From the sequence record DRR723986_22298: a stretch of DNA of 39,484 nt; one strand, given 5' to 3'. Below, one piece after another: positions 29,480 through 39,391 of this stretch (position 1 is its first letter; each line of letters opens with the position of its first letter). The translations under genes were made by a program, and so were the position numbers. The notes beneath the pieces are model-generated. The model was not told the DNA's origin, ran no database searches, and worked only from the letters and a program-made list of their open reading frames with translations.

Positions 29480-29702
29480 ACTAAAACCTAGATAGTCTCT
29501 TTAACCGCAGAGAATGCCAATATTTCGTAGAGAGCGCAGCTAATTAAATTCTCTATTGTTGCAGTGAAAAAATGGGCTATAGATCGAGAATGACCTAGGC
29601 AGCTTCAAAAGCTTTCTAAATGATCACGAGCGATAGAACTCCACAGGAAAGGGTTATTCGGGCAACTTTCATCTTTCTTCCCGCCCGATCAACAAAGAAA
29701 TT

Positions 29703-32700
29703 ATGATCACTTTCCCCAGTAAGGGAAATCACAAAATCAATAAATCACTGAGCTTGACACCCCAACTCACATTTAGAAAGAATGCACTAGTAAAATCACT
29801 CCAAGTCATGGCACTGGGAGCTGTATTTTTCATTTTCTCCTGTCAGGATAAAAAGGAGGAAAATCCACACACACTTTTTGAATTGGTAAGTTCTGATTCT
29901 ACTAAACTTGCTTTTACTAATCAGATCAAAGAAACTGAGGTAGCTAATATTCTTACCTACCAATATTTTTACAATGGAGGCGGAGTAGCAGTAGGGGATC
30001 TTAACAATGATGGCCTTGAAGATCTTTACTTCACAGCTAATCAAGGTGAAAATAAGCTTTTTTTAAATCAGGGTAACCTGAAATTCCGGGATATTACCTT
30101 GGCAACAGGGACAGCTGGCAGAGCTAATGGCTGGACTACTGGCACAGCAATCGTTGATATCAACGGAGATGGCCTAAAAGATATTTATCTCTGCTATTCT
30201 GGTGATTTATCAGATGATCAGCGAAGAAATCAATTGTTTGTCAATCAAGGATTGGACAAGCAGGGAATTCCATTTTTTAAGGAAATGGCTGCTGACTATG
30301 GATTGGATGATCCTGGCTACAGCACAGCGGTATACTTTTCTGATCTGGATATGGATGGTGATTTGGACATGCTATTGCTCAATCACAATCCAAGATTATT
30401 CAATAATCTAAATATTAATGCTTTCGAAGCCATGCTGAATTCGGCAGATTCGATGAGCAGCACCAAGATTTTCAAGAATGAAGGTGGAATTTTTAGAAAT
30501 ATCACCAAAGAATCGGGATTAACAGAGACGGGCTTGAGCTACGGGTTAGGTGCTTCGATCGCAGATTTCAACGGAGACGGCTATCCTGATATTTATCTTG
30601 GAAATGATTACTCAGCTCCGGATTATCTCTACATCAATCAAGGAGATGGTACTTTTATCAATAGAGTGAAGGAGGCTATCGGTCATACCAGTCTTTATAC
30701 GATGGGAGTGGATGCAGCCGATATCAATCGCGATGGGAAATTGGATCTGATCAGTTTGGACATGCTTCCAGAGGATAACTCAAGACAGAAATTACTTTTC
30801 ACTCCTGAAAACTACGAACACTATAACCTCTTCCTAAAGGCAGGTTTGCATCATCAGCTGATGCGAAATATGTTACAGCTGAACAATGGCGATGGAACAT
30901 TCTCTGAGATTGGTCAATTGGCAGGAATAAGTGCTACAGATTGGAGCTGGGCGCCATTATTCGCAGATTTTGACAACGATGGTTTTACGGATCTTTTCGT
31001 AAGCAATGGGTTTTTGAAGGATTTTACCAATCTGGATTTTATCAACTATAGAAATGAATACCTGCAAAATGAAAAGGTTTCTGCTGCAGGGATCAACGCG
31101 CTGATAGAGAAAATGCCCGCGACCAAGGTTGGAAATTATGCCTTCAAAAATGTCAACGGAATTCAGTTTGAGAATCAATCTAAAAGCTGGGGACTGGATA
31201 CTCCGGGAAATTCGAACGGAGCCGTTTATGCAGATTTAGACCAAGATGGGGATTTGGATTTGGTAATTAATAATATTAATGAACCAGCCCAAGTTTTCAA
31301 AAATATGACTTCTGAGCGTTCTAAATCCAATTTTCTCCAAATCAAACTCAAAGGTCTTGAAGGAAATCAGGATGGAATTGGTGCTCGCGTAACAGTCTAT
31401 CAAAATGGAATTATCAACTATCAAGAGCAGCAGATATACAAAGGCTACCAAGGAAATGTGAGTGCGATTCTGCACTTTGGATTAGGCAATGAAAAGGTTG
31501 ATTCAATCGAAGTACGATGGAATAACAGCAAAATCAACAGGATAAAGATTGCCGACATCAATCAAATTCTGGAAGTTTCTGAAGCTGATGCCGAAATAGA
31601 ATATAGAATTGAAGCTAAAACAGAACCCTATTTTGTTGCATTGGGGGAGTTTTTGATTGATAAAAAAGTAACTCTTCCGAATGATTACAAGCGGCAAAGC
31701 CAGTTGCTCTATAGCCTTTCAGAAAGCAAAGTTTCTATGCTTTCAGCGGATTTGAATGGTGATGGTATAGAGGAAATAATTGTATCTGATGGATCATCGA
31801 TCAAATCCTATCCAAGAGAGGCTGCGGGATACAAGGAGAAATTTGAATTGCTTTATTCATCTGAAAACCCAACCATTACTTCAATGGTGGCATTGGATGT
31901 AGATGGAGATTCTGATCTGGACTTATATGTCGCCATAGGCGGGTACTTTGATTTGACAGAAGGGGACGAAAGGCAGAAGGATGTGCTTTTGATCAATAAA
32001 GGAAATGGCGTTTTTACCGAATCCCCTTTCGACTTTGGTACATTTCCCACAGAGTTTGTCTCGACTTGGGATGCCAATGGAGATGGATTGGAGGATCTCT
32101 TTGTAGGTGCAGGATATTCACCTGGAAGATGGCCAGAATCAGTTTCTAGCCAAGTATGGATCAATAAAGGCGATGGTACTTTCTCACCGATTTCACTCGG
32201 TTCTATTTCCAGAGTCAAGGCTTGCCAAACCTATGACCTAGATCAGGACGGGCTTGATGAGCTGATTGTTGCATCTGAGTTTGATAGAATCCGAATTCTG
32301 AATCTTAAAGAAGGGAAAGTTGTAGATCGCTCGGAAGAGTTTTTGCCCGGTGGAAAAACAGGACTTTGGTCTGCTATTTTAATTCAGGATCTGGATGGAG
32401 ATGGAAGTCCTGAAATGATCGCTGGAAATTGGGGGTTGAATTCCAGATTGCAAACTGACGAAAATAATCCAGTTCGGATCTATTTTGAAGATTTTGACAA
32501 TAATGGATCAGTTGATCCCCTGATGACTTTTCCGGTGATGGGAGAGGAGTTCCCTTTTTTTTCCAGAGATGAATTAGCTGCCCAGATGTACAAAAAGAAG
32601 GCCATGTTCCCTTCTCACGAGTCATTTTCCAAAGCTAGAATCCAGGATATTCTTACTGCTGATGAGCTAGAAAAAGCCAACAAAGTGGAAGCTCAAAATT

Positions 32701-33041
32701 TGGAAACGAAGATGTTTACTTTGAAGAATGGGCTTTTCCAAGAAATAGCTTTACCCGCTATAGTTCAATCATCTCCTATTCAGGCAGTAAATGCATTGAA
32801 AAAAGGTGCTGGATATGATTTGATATTTCTGGGAAATCAATTGGAAGCAAGATTGAAAATCGGAAGAATCGATGCAAACCCTGGATGGGTTTTGAGGAAA
32901 AGTGAAGATGGGGAATGGAAAGTTTTAAAGCGAGAGAACAATGGGATGGATTTGAAATCAAATGTCTCCAGTTCTTTGAATTTTGATAATACACTCTGGG
33001 TTGGGATTCCCAATAAAGGAGCTTTTAGATATCTATTTTAA
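29703..33041 (+). CDS. FG-GAP/VCBS-repeat lipoprotein with a central ASPIC/UnbV domain (CRTAC1-like)
   Basis: Lipobox IFSC, 13 DxDxDG-type motifs, YFYNGGGVAVGD, ASPIC/UnbV segment NQDGIGARVTV...LHFGLG. Start at 29703 or 29808. Confidence 0.85.
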   Translation: MITFPSKGNHKINKSLSLTPQLTFRKNALVKSLQVMALGAVFFIFSCQDKKEENPHTLFELVSSDSTKLAFTNQIKETEVANILTYQYFYNGGGVAVGDLNNDGLEDLYFTANQGENKLFLNQGNLKFRDITLATGTAGRANGWTTGTAIVDINGDGLKDIYLCYSGDLSDDQRRNQLFVNQGLDKQGIPFFKEMAADYGLDDPGYSTAVYFSDLDMDGDLDMLLLNHNPRLFNNLNINAFEAMLNSADSMSSTKIFKNEGGIFRNITKESGLTETGLSYGLGASIADFNGDGYPDIYLGNDYSAPDYLYINQGDGTFINRVKEAIGHTSLYTMGVDAADINRDGKLDLISLDMLPEDNSRQKLLFTPENYEHYNLFLKAGLHHQLMRNMLQLNNGDGTFSEIGQLAGISATDWSWAPLFADFDNDGFTDLFVSNGFLKDFTNLDFINYRNEYLQNEKVSAAGINALIEKMPATKVGNYAFKNVNGIQFENQSKSWGLDTPGNSNGAVYADLDQDGDLDLVINNINEPAQVFKNMTSERSKSNFLQIKLKGLEGNQDGIGARVTVYQNGIINYQEQQIYKGYQGNVSAILHFGLGNEKVDSIEVRWNNSKINRIKIADINQILEVSEADAEIEYRIEAKTEPYFVALGEFLIDKKVTLPNDYKRQSQLLYSLSESKVSMLSADLNGDGIEEIIVSDGSSIKSYPREAAGYKEKFELLYSSENPTITSMVALDVDGDSDLDLYVAIGGYFDLTEGDERQKDVLLINKGNGVFTESPFDFGTFPTEFVSTWDANGDGLEDLFVGAGYSPGRWPESVSSQVWINKGDGTFSPISLGSISRVKACQTYDLDQDGLDELIVASEFDRIRILNLKEGKVVDRSEEFLPGGKTGLWSAILIQDLDGDGSPEMIAGNWGLNSRLQTDENNPVRIYFEDFDNNGSVDPLMTFPVMGEEFPFFSRDELAAQMYKKKAMFPSHESFSKARIQDILTADELEKANKVEAQNLETKMFTLKNGLFQEIALPAIVQSSPIQAVNALKKGAGYDLIFLGNQLEARLKIGRIDANPGWVLRKSEDGEWKVLKRENNGMDLKSNVSSSLNFDNTLWVGIPNKGAFRYLF

Positions 33042-33049
33042 TTGAATCA

Positions 33050-34834
33050 ATGAGTAATAATATTTTATATATCAGTCATTTAAGAAAAAGGAATGCTACT
33101 GCGGCAGCATTATTTTTCTTGATCTTTATTATAGGATGCAAAGCTCCAATGATTGATGAAAGTCTACCTGTGGATGAAGCTATTCGTCTCAATCAGATTG
33201 GCTTTTACCCAAATCAACAAAAATTGGCTGTGATCTTAAACCATGAAGACGTGGAAGATTTTGTGATATGGGACACGGCCGGAAAAAACATTGTATTTGA
33301 AGGAAAGCTAGCTCAGACTATTAAACAATCATTTTCCGGAAACAACGCTAGAATTGCTGACTTCTCTGCATTTACTGAGGTTGGAAATTATACGCTAGTC
33401 TTAAACGGCGTGGGAAAATCTTACACATTTCAGATCCATCCTCAAATCAACCAAGAACTAGGAAAAGCTAGTATAAAGGCATTTTACTTTCAAAGGGCAG
33501 GTTTGGAATTGGACCAGAGTCAAGCCGGTATTTGGGCTAGACCGCTGGGACATCCTGATGATCAGGTGATGATTCATCCTTCAGCTGCTTCTGGTTCTAG
33601 AAAGCCTGGAGATTTGTTTTCATCTCCAAAGGGATGGTATGATGCCGGTGATTACAACAAATATGTAGTGAACTCAGGAATTACAGTAGGTACCCTGTTG
33701 TCCCTTTATGAGGATTATCCAACATATTTTGAGAAACTCGATTTGAATATTCCAGAATCAGGGGATCAAATTCCAGATTTGCTGGATGAAATTCGCTGGA
33801 ATATGGAATGGATGCTTTCAATGCAGGATCCTGCAGATGGGGGAGTTTATCATAAGCTAACTACAGCCAAGTTTGAAGGAATGGTTGAACCTCATTTGGC
33901 AGTTTCCCAGCGTTATTTTGTAGCCAAAAGTACCACCGCGACTCTGGATTTTGCAGCAGTGATGGCTCAAGCTTCACGTGTTTACAAGGCCTATTTTCCT
34001 GAAGAATCAGTGATGTATTTGAAAGCAGCAGAGAAAGCTTGGAGTTGGGCAAAAGCGAATCCGGATGTCCTCTACAAGCAAAATGAATTGAATGAAGCTT
34101 TTGATCCAGATGTAGTCACTGGTGCATATGGGGATAATAGTAGCGGTGACGAATGGATATGGGCTGCATCCGAGCTTTTTATTACCACTCATAATTTAAC
34201 CTATTGGGAAGAGTTAGCTAATGCTGATCAAAGTTTCAAACTTCCATCCTGGAACCAAGTGGCTTGGTTAGGTTATTACTCACTACTTAGGCATCAAGAC
34301 CACATTACTTTACTGCCACAAGAATGGATAGCAATGCTAAAAATAAACCTGCTCGCTGCTGCTAGAGAGCAAATTGAAGGGACAGAGGAAACGGCTTTCA
34401 ACACTCCCATGGAAACCGATTCTAAGAATTTTATATGGGGTTCTAATGCAGTTGCGGCTAATCAAGGAATCCTATTGATAAGTGCTTTTAAGCAAAGCAA
34501 TGAGCGCATATTTCTTGAAAAGGCATTAGATAATCTGGATTATATCCTTGGCAGAAATGCTACTGGATATTCCTATGTTACAGGTTTTGGAACGAAATCT
34601 CCCATGCACCCGCACCATCGATTAGCCACTTCCCGACCTGATCTACCTCCTTTGCCTGGTTTTATGGTGGGAGGCCCAAATCCACGGCAACAAGATGGGT
34701 GTAATTATACCAGTTCCTTCCCGGATGAATCTTATACAGATGAAAGTTGCAGCTATGCGTCAAATGAAATTGCAATTAATTGGAATGCTCCATTTGCTTA
34801 TTTAGCCAATTCATTGGAAGCGATTAATCAATAA
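33050..34834 (+). CDS. GH9 endoglucanase with N-terminal Ig-like (CelD_N) domain, probable lipoprotein
   Basis: IRLNQIGFYP, GWYDAGDYNKY, YILGRN...SYVTGFG...HPHHR, YASNEIAINWNA; lipobox-like IIGC. Confidence 0.93.
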   Translation: MSNNILYISHLRKRNATAAALFFLIFIIGCKAPMIDESLPVDEAIRLNQIGFYPNQQKLAVILNHEDVEDFVIWDTAGKNIVFEGKLAQTIKQSFSGNNARIADFSAFTEVGNYTLVLNGVGKSYTFQIHPQINQELGKASIKAFYFQRAGLELDQSQAGIWARPLGHPDDQVMIHPSAASGSRKPGDLFSSPKGWYDAGDYNKYVVNSGITVGTLLSLYEDYPTYFEKLDLNIPESGDQIPDLLDEIRWNMEWMLSMQDPADGGVYHKLTTAKFEGMVEPHLAVSQRYFVAKSTTATLDFAAVMAQASRVYKAYFPEESVMYLKAAEKAWSWAKANPDVLYKQNELNEAFDPDVVTGAYGDNSSGDEWIWAASELFITTHNLTYWEELANADQSFKLPSWNQVAWLGYYSLLRHQDHITLLPQEWIAMLKINLLAAAREQIEGTEETAFNTPMETDSKNFIWGSNAVAANQGILLISAFKQSNERIFLEKALDNLDYILGRNATGYSYVTGFGTKSPMHPHHRLATSRPDLPPLPGFMVGGPNPRQQDGCNYTSSFPDESYTDESCSYASNEIAINWNAPFAYLANSLEAINQ

Positions 34835-34930
34835 ATTCTGGTAGAACGTGTTACGCTCCTTTATAAAGGGTATTATGTTTAGATGTTTCAGATTTTTTAG
34901 GCATTTTTCCATTAGAATTAATAAAAATCT

Positions 34931-36832
34931 ATGAAACATACCTGGAAATTATTTACCCTTCTGATTTTATTTTCATGTGAGTCTTCAAAATTTGAATCGG
35001 AAGTTACCTTGCCTAGGCTGTTTGGCGATGGCATGGTTTTACAACGGCAAGAGGCCATTTCTGTTTGGGGGAAGGGTATTCCAGGAGAAAATGTCCGTGT
35101 AAGTTTGGCTGGAGCAATTACAAGTGGAACAGTAGAAGCTGATAGTACATGGTTGTTGCAATTGCCGGAATTGGTTGCAGGAGGACCTTTTGTTCTTGAG
35201 GTTAATCGTCAGAAAATCAACGATGTATATATTGGTGATGTCTGGGTAGCTGGAGGTCAATCCAATATGGAATGGCGATTAAAGTCTCAGGTAATTGGTG
35301 CTGAAAAAGAATTTGCAGAAGGTGGAAACCAAGAGATCCGATTTTTTAAAGTTCCTAACTCATATAGTGCTGAGAAACTGGATGATGTAGTGGGAGGAGA
35401 ATGGAAAATCGCTGATTCAGTGAATATGAAGGATTTTTCGGCTGTAGCTTGGTTTTTTGCGAAGCGTAATAATCAAGAAATGAAAGTGCCTGTAGGAATC
35501 ATAGAATCCAATTGGGGAGGTACACCTGTAGAAGGCTGGACAGATGCTGAGATATTAGTTGAGATGGAAGGTTCCTTTCTGGCTCAGGCAAAAGACGTGG
35601 TAGAAAATAGAGATGCTTGGGTTTCAAAGCTGCAGGAGAATGAGATGAATCAGCATTTGCGGGACTCTATGGTGAGCAACCCCGATACACTTGCGGCTAG
35701 GAATGTTTCCTCTATAGATTATGATGATTCAAGTTGGAGAAAAATAACCTTGCCTGATGCCAATCCACTGCAGCATATAGCTTGGGTTCGTAAGAAATTC
35801 AATCTTAAGGCAACGGATGAGGTAAGCTTACATATTCCCACCATAGACCAAATGGCTTATGTGTATCTGAATGGGAAGTTGCTCGAATACAAAGACTGGG
35901 GAGTCTCATTGCCGGAAATAACAATTCCTTCAGAAATGCTGCTAAAGGGTAGCAATGTGTTAACTATTCGAGCTATAAATACTTGGAATAATCAGCCTAG
36001 AATAGGTCAGAAAGGCGAAATGTATCTTTTACAATCTGGAGAAAAAATTTCTTTGGAAGGAACTTGGGCCTATTCAAATTCAATTGTAGAGCCTCATCTA
36101 CCAAAAGTTGAATTTTTTAATTGGATGCCTGGAATGATGTACAATGCGATGATTGCACCCATTGCTAAATACTCGATTAAAGGTGCGATTTGGTATCAAG
36201 GCGAAAGCAATGCAGGTCGTCATGAGGAATATAAAGAGCTATTTTCTACAATGATAACCAATTGGAGAAGGGATTGGGGGTTAGGAGATTTCCCTTTCTT
36301 GTTTGTTCAACTGGCAAATTTCATGGAGAGAAAAGATGTACAGCCTGATAGTAATTGGGCGTTTTTAAGGGAGGCTCAGGCCCAAACTTTGGAATTGCCA
36401 AATACGGGAATGGCTACAATTATTGACATAGGGGAAGCTGAAGATATACATCCTAAAAATAAAAAAGACGTAGGGGAACGACTTTGGCTCCAAGCCAAAA
36501 AAGTTGCTTTTAAAGAGAAGAACCTTGCTTCCGGACCCCAATTTGATTCTCTATCTAGACAAGGCAATGAATTATTAGTCAAATTTAAATCTATAGGCGA
36601 AGGTTTGAAATTAACTGAAGGAGAAGAAGTGAAAGGTTTTATTGTAGGTAAAGATAATGGTGATTTTCAACAGGTTTCCGCCATGATTTCTGATAAGTCA
36701 TCTGTAAGAATAATGCTACCTGAAGGAATGGAAGTTGGTGAAATTCGCTACGCTTGGGCGGACAACCCGGAAGTAAATCTTATAAATAATTTACGTCTTC
36801 CCACTGAGCCGTTCAGAGCAAAGTTTGAATAA
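34931..36832 (+). CDS. SGNH O-acetylesterase (sialate O-acetylesterase/SASA family) lipoprotein with an inserted sugar-binding-like domain
   Basis: Lipobox LFSC, GGQSNM, WGGT, WYQGESN, DIHP, RYAW. Confidence 0.88.
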   Translation: MKHTWKLFTLLILFSCESSKFESEVTLPRLFGDGMVLQRQEAISVWGKGIPGENVRVSLAGAITSGTVEADSTWLLQLPELVAGGPFVLEVNRQKINDVYIGDVWVAGGQSNMEWRLKSQVIGAEKEFAEGGNQEIRFFKVPNSYSAEKLDDVVGGEWKIADSVNMKDFSAVAWFFAKRNNQEMKVPVGIIESNWGGTPVEGWTDAEILVEMEGSFLAQAKDVVENRDAWVSKLQENEMNQHLRDSMVSNPDTLAARNVSSIDYDDSSWRKITLPDANPLQHIAWVRKKFNLKATDEVSLHIPTIDQMAYVYLNGKLLEYKDWGVSLPEITIPSEMLLKGSNVLTIRAINTWNNQPRIGQKGEMYLLQSGEKISLEGTWAYSNSIVEPHLPKVEFFNWMPGMMYNAMIAPIAKYSIKGAIWYQGESNAGRHEEYKELFSTMITNWRRDWGLGDFPFLFVQLANFMERKDVQPDSNWAFLREAQAQTLELPNTGMATIIDIGEAEDIHPKNKKDVGERLWLQAKKVAFKEKNLASGPQFDSLSRQGNELLVKFKSIGEGLKLTEGEEVKGFIVGKDNGDFQQVSAMISDKSSVRIMLPEGMEVGEIRYAWADNPEVNLINNLRLPTEPFRAKFE

Positions 36833-36840
36833 AGGAAACG

Positions 36841-36872
36841 AAAAAGACCAAGTTTACAGCTTGGTCTTTTTT
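36841..36872. terminator. Bidirectional terminator closing the PUL
   Basis: AAAAAGACCAAG-tttacag-CTTGGTCTTTTTT between convergent genes. Confidence 0.85.
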
Positions 36873-36877
36873 GTTAT

Positions 36878-37945
36878 TTATTCAATTTTTCCCATCGAAT
36901 CCTGAATTTTCAGAAGATCATCAATTTTCTCCTGATACTCCGGTTTAGCTGGGATTTTAACCACATTTTCTAAGAAGTCAATTGTACTAAAAAGAACTCC
37001 TTCCCAGTCACCAGAGGTAATAGAACTACCTATTACATGGTCTGCTGCATTTGGGAATGCTTTCTTTCTTTTCATTTCAGATGGGGTACTGAGTTGATCA
37101 TACATTTCCAGCATTTTTGGCACTGAGACCACATCATCCTGGTTTTCCTTATTTTCGTAATAATAAGCTAGAAACAAGGGCTGTTTAATTTTACTGAAGG
37201 TGCTTTCATTCATATTACTGTATAGGATGATTGCCAGACTTTCGTAAATATTCACGTGGTAATCTTCTGACCAATACATCGCTTTTTCACCTTCTCTATC
37301 CTGATGAATTATTTTATTTTTCATCATTGTCCATTGCATTAATTTTTGCATCCATGGAGAGAAAAATGCAGAAAGCTTTTCACCATAATCCCTAACAGCC
37401 GGAGAATATACTGCTACTGCCTTGATATCAGGTTGTTGACTCGCCAAGAGTAAAGTCAATGCGCCTCCCATGGAGGTTCCCACTACTATTACCTCATCTC
37501 CGAGACTCTTTCCGATTTGGTATGCCTCTCCGGCAGCATTTGCCAACGCCTGTGCACTTACATATTCTAATCCATTCTCTCTTCTTATGCCATGATCTGG
37601 AAGCCTTGTTACAAATAGATTGGCACCAAAATGTGCTGCTAAAAACCTGTGTACTGGATCTCCTTCCATTGGACTGGCCCCAAAACCATGGATATATACA
37701 ATGGAATACGGAGTCTTGTGCTTATTCAAACTATCTGCCCAGACGATATAGGCTTCATTACCAGGTTTTAGGCCAATGACTGTGTCTTCCCGCTGGTTGA
37801 CGTAGTCTTGCAATTCTGTTAAGCGAGTAGGAACCTGCGGATAATCTATAGTTAATTCTTGATCCTGAAGCTTAGGACCCAGCATGTAAACAATGGCAAG
37901 TACCATTGCTGCGGCAAAAAAGCCAAGTAGGATTTTTCTAAGCAT
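36878..37945 (-). CDS. Membrane-anchored alpha/beta hydrolase (esterase/lipase-like)
   Basis: N-terminal hydrophobic segment, YIHGF oxyanion motif, GTSMGG nucleophile elbow, candidate Asp in DDVV and His in DHVI. Confidence 0.85.
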   Translation of the reverse strand: MLRKILLGFFAAAMVLAIVYMLGPKLQDQELTIDYPQVPTRLTELQDYVNQREDTVIGLKPGNEAYIVWADSLNKHKTPYSIVYIHGFGASPMEGDPVHRFLAAHFGANLFVTRLPDHGIRRENGLEYVSAQALANAAGEAYQIGKSLGDEVIVVGTSMGGALTLLLASQQPDIKAVAVYSPAVRDYGEKLSAFFSPWMQKLMQWTMMKNKIIHQDREGEKAMYWSEDYHVNIYESLAIILYSNMNESTFSKIKQPLFLAYYYENKENQDDVVSVPKMLEMYDQLSTPSEMKRKKAFPNAADHVIGSSITSGDWEGVLFSTIDFLENVVKIPAKPEYQEKIDDLLKIQDSMGKIE

Positions 37946-37949
37946 AAAA

Positions 37950-38537
37950 TCAGTTAGTTAAAAGTACTGGAGAGGTGGATTCTAAGATTTTAGCTGAGCC
38001 ATCTTTAAGAATTAAAACCGTTTTGGTTTTCAATTGACTTTTATTGCTAGGCTGGAGATCGACTTTGAGCTTATACTGACCCGTAGTTCCGGTAAAATTC
38101 TTTAATTCAGAAATTTTAATATCCTCGTGTGTGCTTACTAAATTAGATATATCTGTTCCTGCTTCTTTCCCTCCATAGGGCGCAAGCAATTCTATTCTAA
38201 TGCCCGTTATATTTTGAAAATTTAAATTGGGAGCGCAGGAAAGAGCATACGCCATTCCCGGAAAACTCGCGCTAGTTGGAGCTTCAGATACTACTTCCCA
38301 GTTAATTCTAAGGTAAACATTGAAGTCTTTAAAATTTACTGTATCAGACTCCGTAGCGGACGCACTATTTTGGGAAGGTTCATAATATAAAGATATATCC
38401 CTTGCATTTACCTTACTTGAACCACCACATTCACCAAAAGGGTTGATTTCGGGATCATCAACACATGCCACAAAAACCATCAGCACCATATAGGCAGAAA
38501 CCATCGCTACAGTCAAATTCAGTTTTTTTGTATTCAT
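37950..38537 (-). CDS. Hypothetical lipoprotein
   Basis: Lipobox FVAC-VDDPE, two further Cys (ECGG, ALSC); 4-nt gap to the hydrolase gene. Confidence 0.75.
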   Translation of the reverse strand: MNTKKLNLTVAMVSAYMVLMVFVACVDDPEINPFGECGGSSKVNARDISLYYEPSQNSASATESDTVNFKDFNVYLRINWEVVSEAPTSASFPGMAYALSCAPNLNFQNITGIRIELLAPYGGKEAGTDISNLVSTHEDIKISELKNFTGTTGQYKLKVDLQPSNKSQLKTKTVLILKDGSAKILESTSPVLLTN

Positions 38538-38821
38538 ACTAGTAATCTTTTGTCAGGATAATAATTTTCAATACGAATATCAGCTTTTCTGCCAGAAAGC
38601 AGGCAAGGACAATTTTGATTGTTAAACATATTAGTTTTAGCAGCTTAGAAATTAGGATATCCTGCAAAATAAGCCGTGAATCTCTGCTGACTGGCCTCAT
38701 TGCGAATAATCATAATTTTCAATATTTAAAAACTAATAAAACAGTAAAATATAATCAAATCTAAACATCTATTTAGAGCAAATAGCGTTTATTCGTATTA
38801 ATATATCTTAAACAAACATTT

Positions 38822-39391
38822 ATGAAACATTTGATCCTAGGATTGCTATTGCTAATAAGTACTCAAGTAGTACATGCACAAGAGAGCGAACCCAAATTGG
38901 CAACTCAGTCAATTTATATGGAATTGGGTGGACCAGGACTTCCTTATAGTTTTAACTATGATTTCCGATTTGATAAAACTAGAATTGACTCTTGGGGAAT
39001 GCGAGTAGGCTTTGGAGGATATGCTGTGGATGGAGATTCATTTTTTTCTCTTCCAGTAATGGTGAATAAGCTTTACGGAAAAGGAAACCATTTTTTTGAA
39101 ATGGGTTTTGGAGCCACTTTTTTGGCATTCAATAATCAAAATTACTACTACGAGAGTTGCTATTATGACGGTAATGGAAATTATGTCTGCGACTCCTATT
39201 CAGAAAGTGGTTACACCAGTTTTATTCTTGATATAGATAGCTCTCCTTCAATTATGGGCGTGATGAATTTTGGCTATAGAAGAGTGCCTACTGATGGCGG
39301 TTTTATGTGGAAAATAAACTTGAATCCTATATTTAATAACAATGGGTTTTGGCCTCTATTTGCAGGGGTTGGACTCGGATATGCCTTTTAA
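38822..39391 (+). CDS. Hypothetical small outer-membrane beta-barrel protein
   Basis: Signal peptide ending VHA-Q, alternating amphipathic strands, C-terminal GVGLGYAF signature. Confidence 0.72.
   Translation: MKHLILGLLLLISTQVVHAQESEPKLATQSIYMELGGPGLPYSFNYDFRFDKTRIDSWGMRVGFGGYAVDGDSFFSLPVMVNKLYGKGNHFFEMGFGATFLAFNNQNYYYESCYYDGNGNYVCDSYSESGYTSFILDIDSSPSIMGVMNFGYRRVPTDGGFMWKINLNPIFNNNGFWPLFAGVGLGYAF

Noticed and set aside
29501..29540. AACCGCAGAGAA...AGAGAGCGCAG, reminiscent of short Bacteroidota intergenic repeats
   Set aside because: Single degenerate copy in this window; cannot be supported without a genome-wide search.
29990..32520. Recurrent GATGG(A/T)GAT-like nucleotide repeats as a possible CRISPR or tandem array
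   Set aside because: They encode DxDxDG FG-GAP loops within one ORF; spacing is irregular and there are no cas genes.
829..37779. The many 60-160 aa ORFs nested in or antisense to long genes (e.g. 1805-2284, 5898-6317, 22079-22543, 24366-24803)
   Set aside because: They lie within well-supported genes, show no motifs, and are expected as codon-bias shadows.
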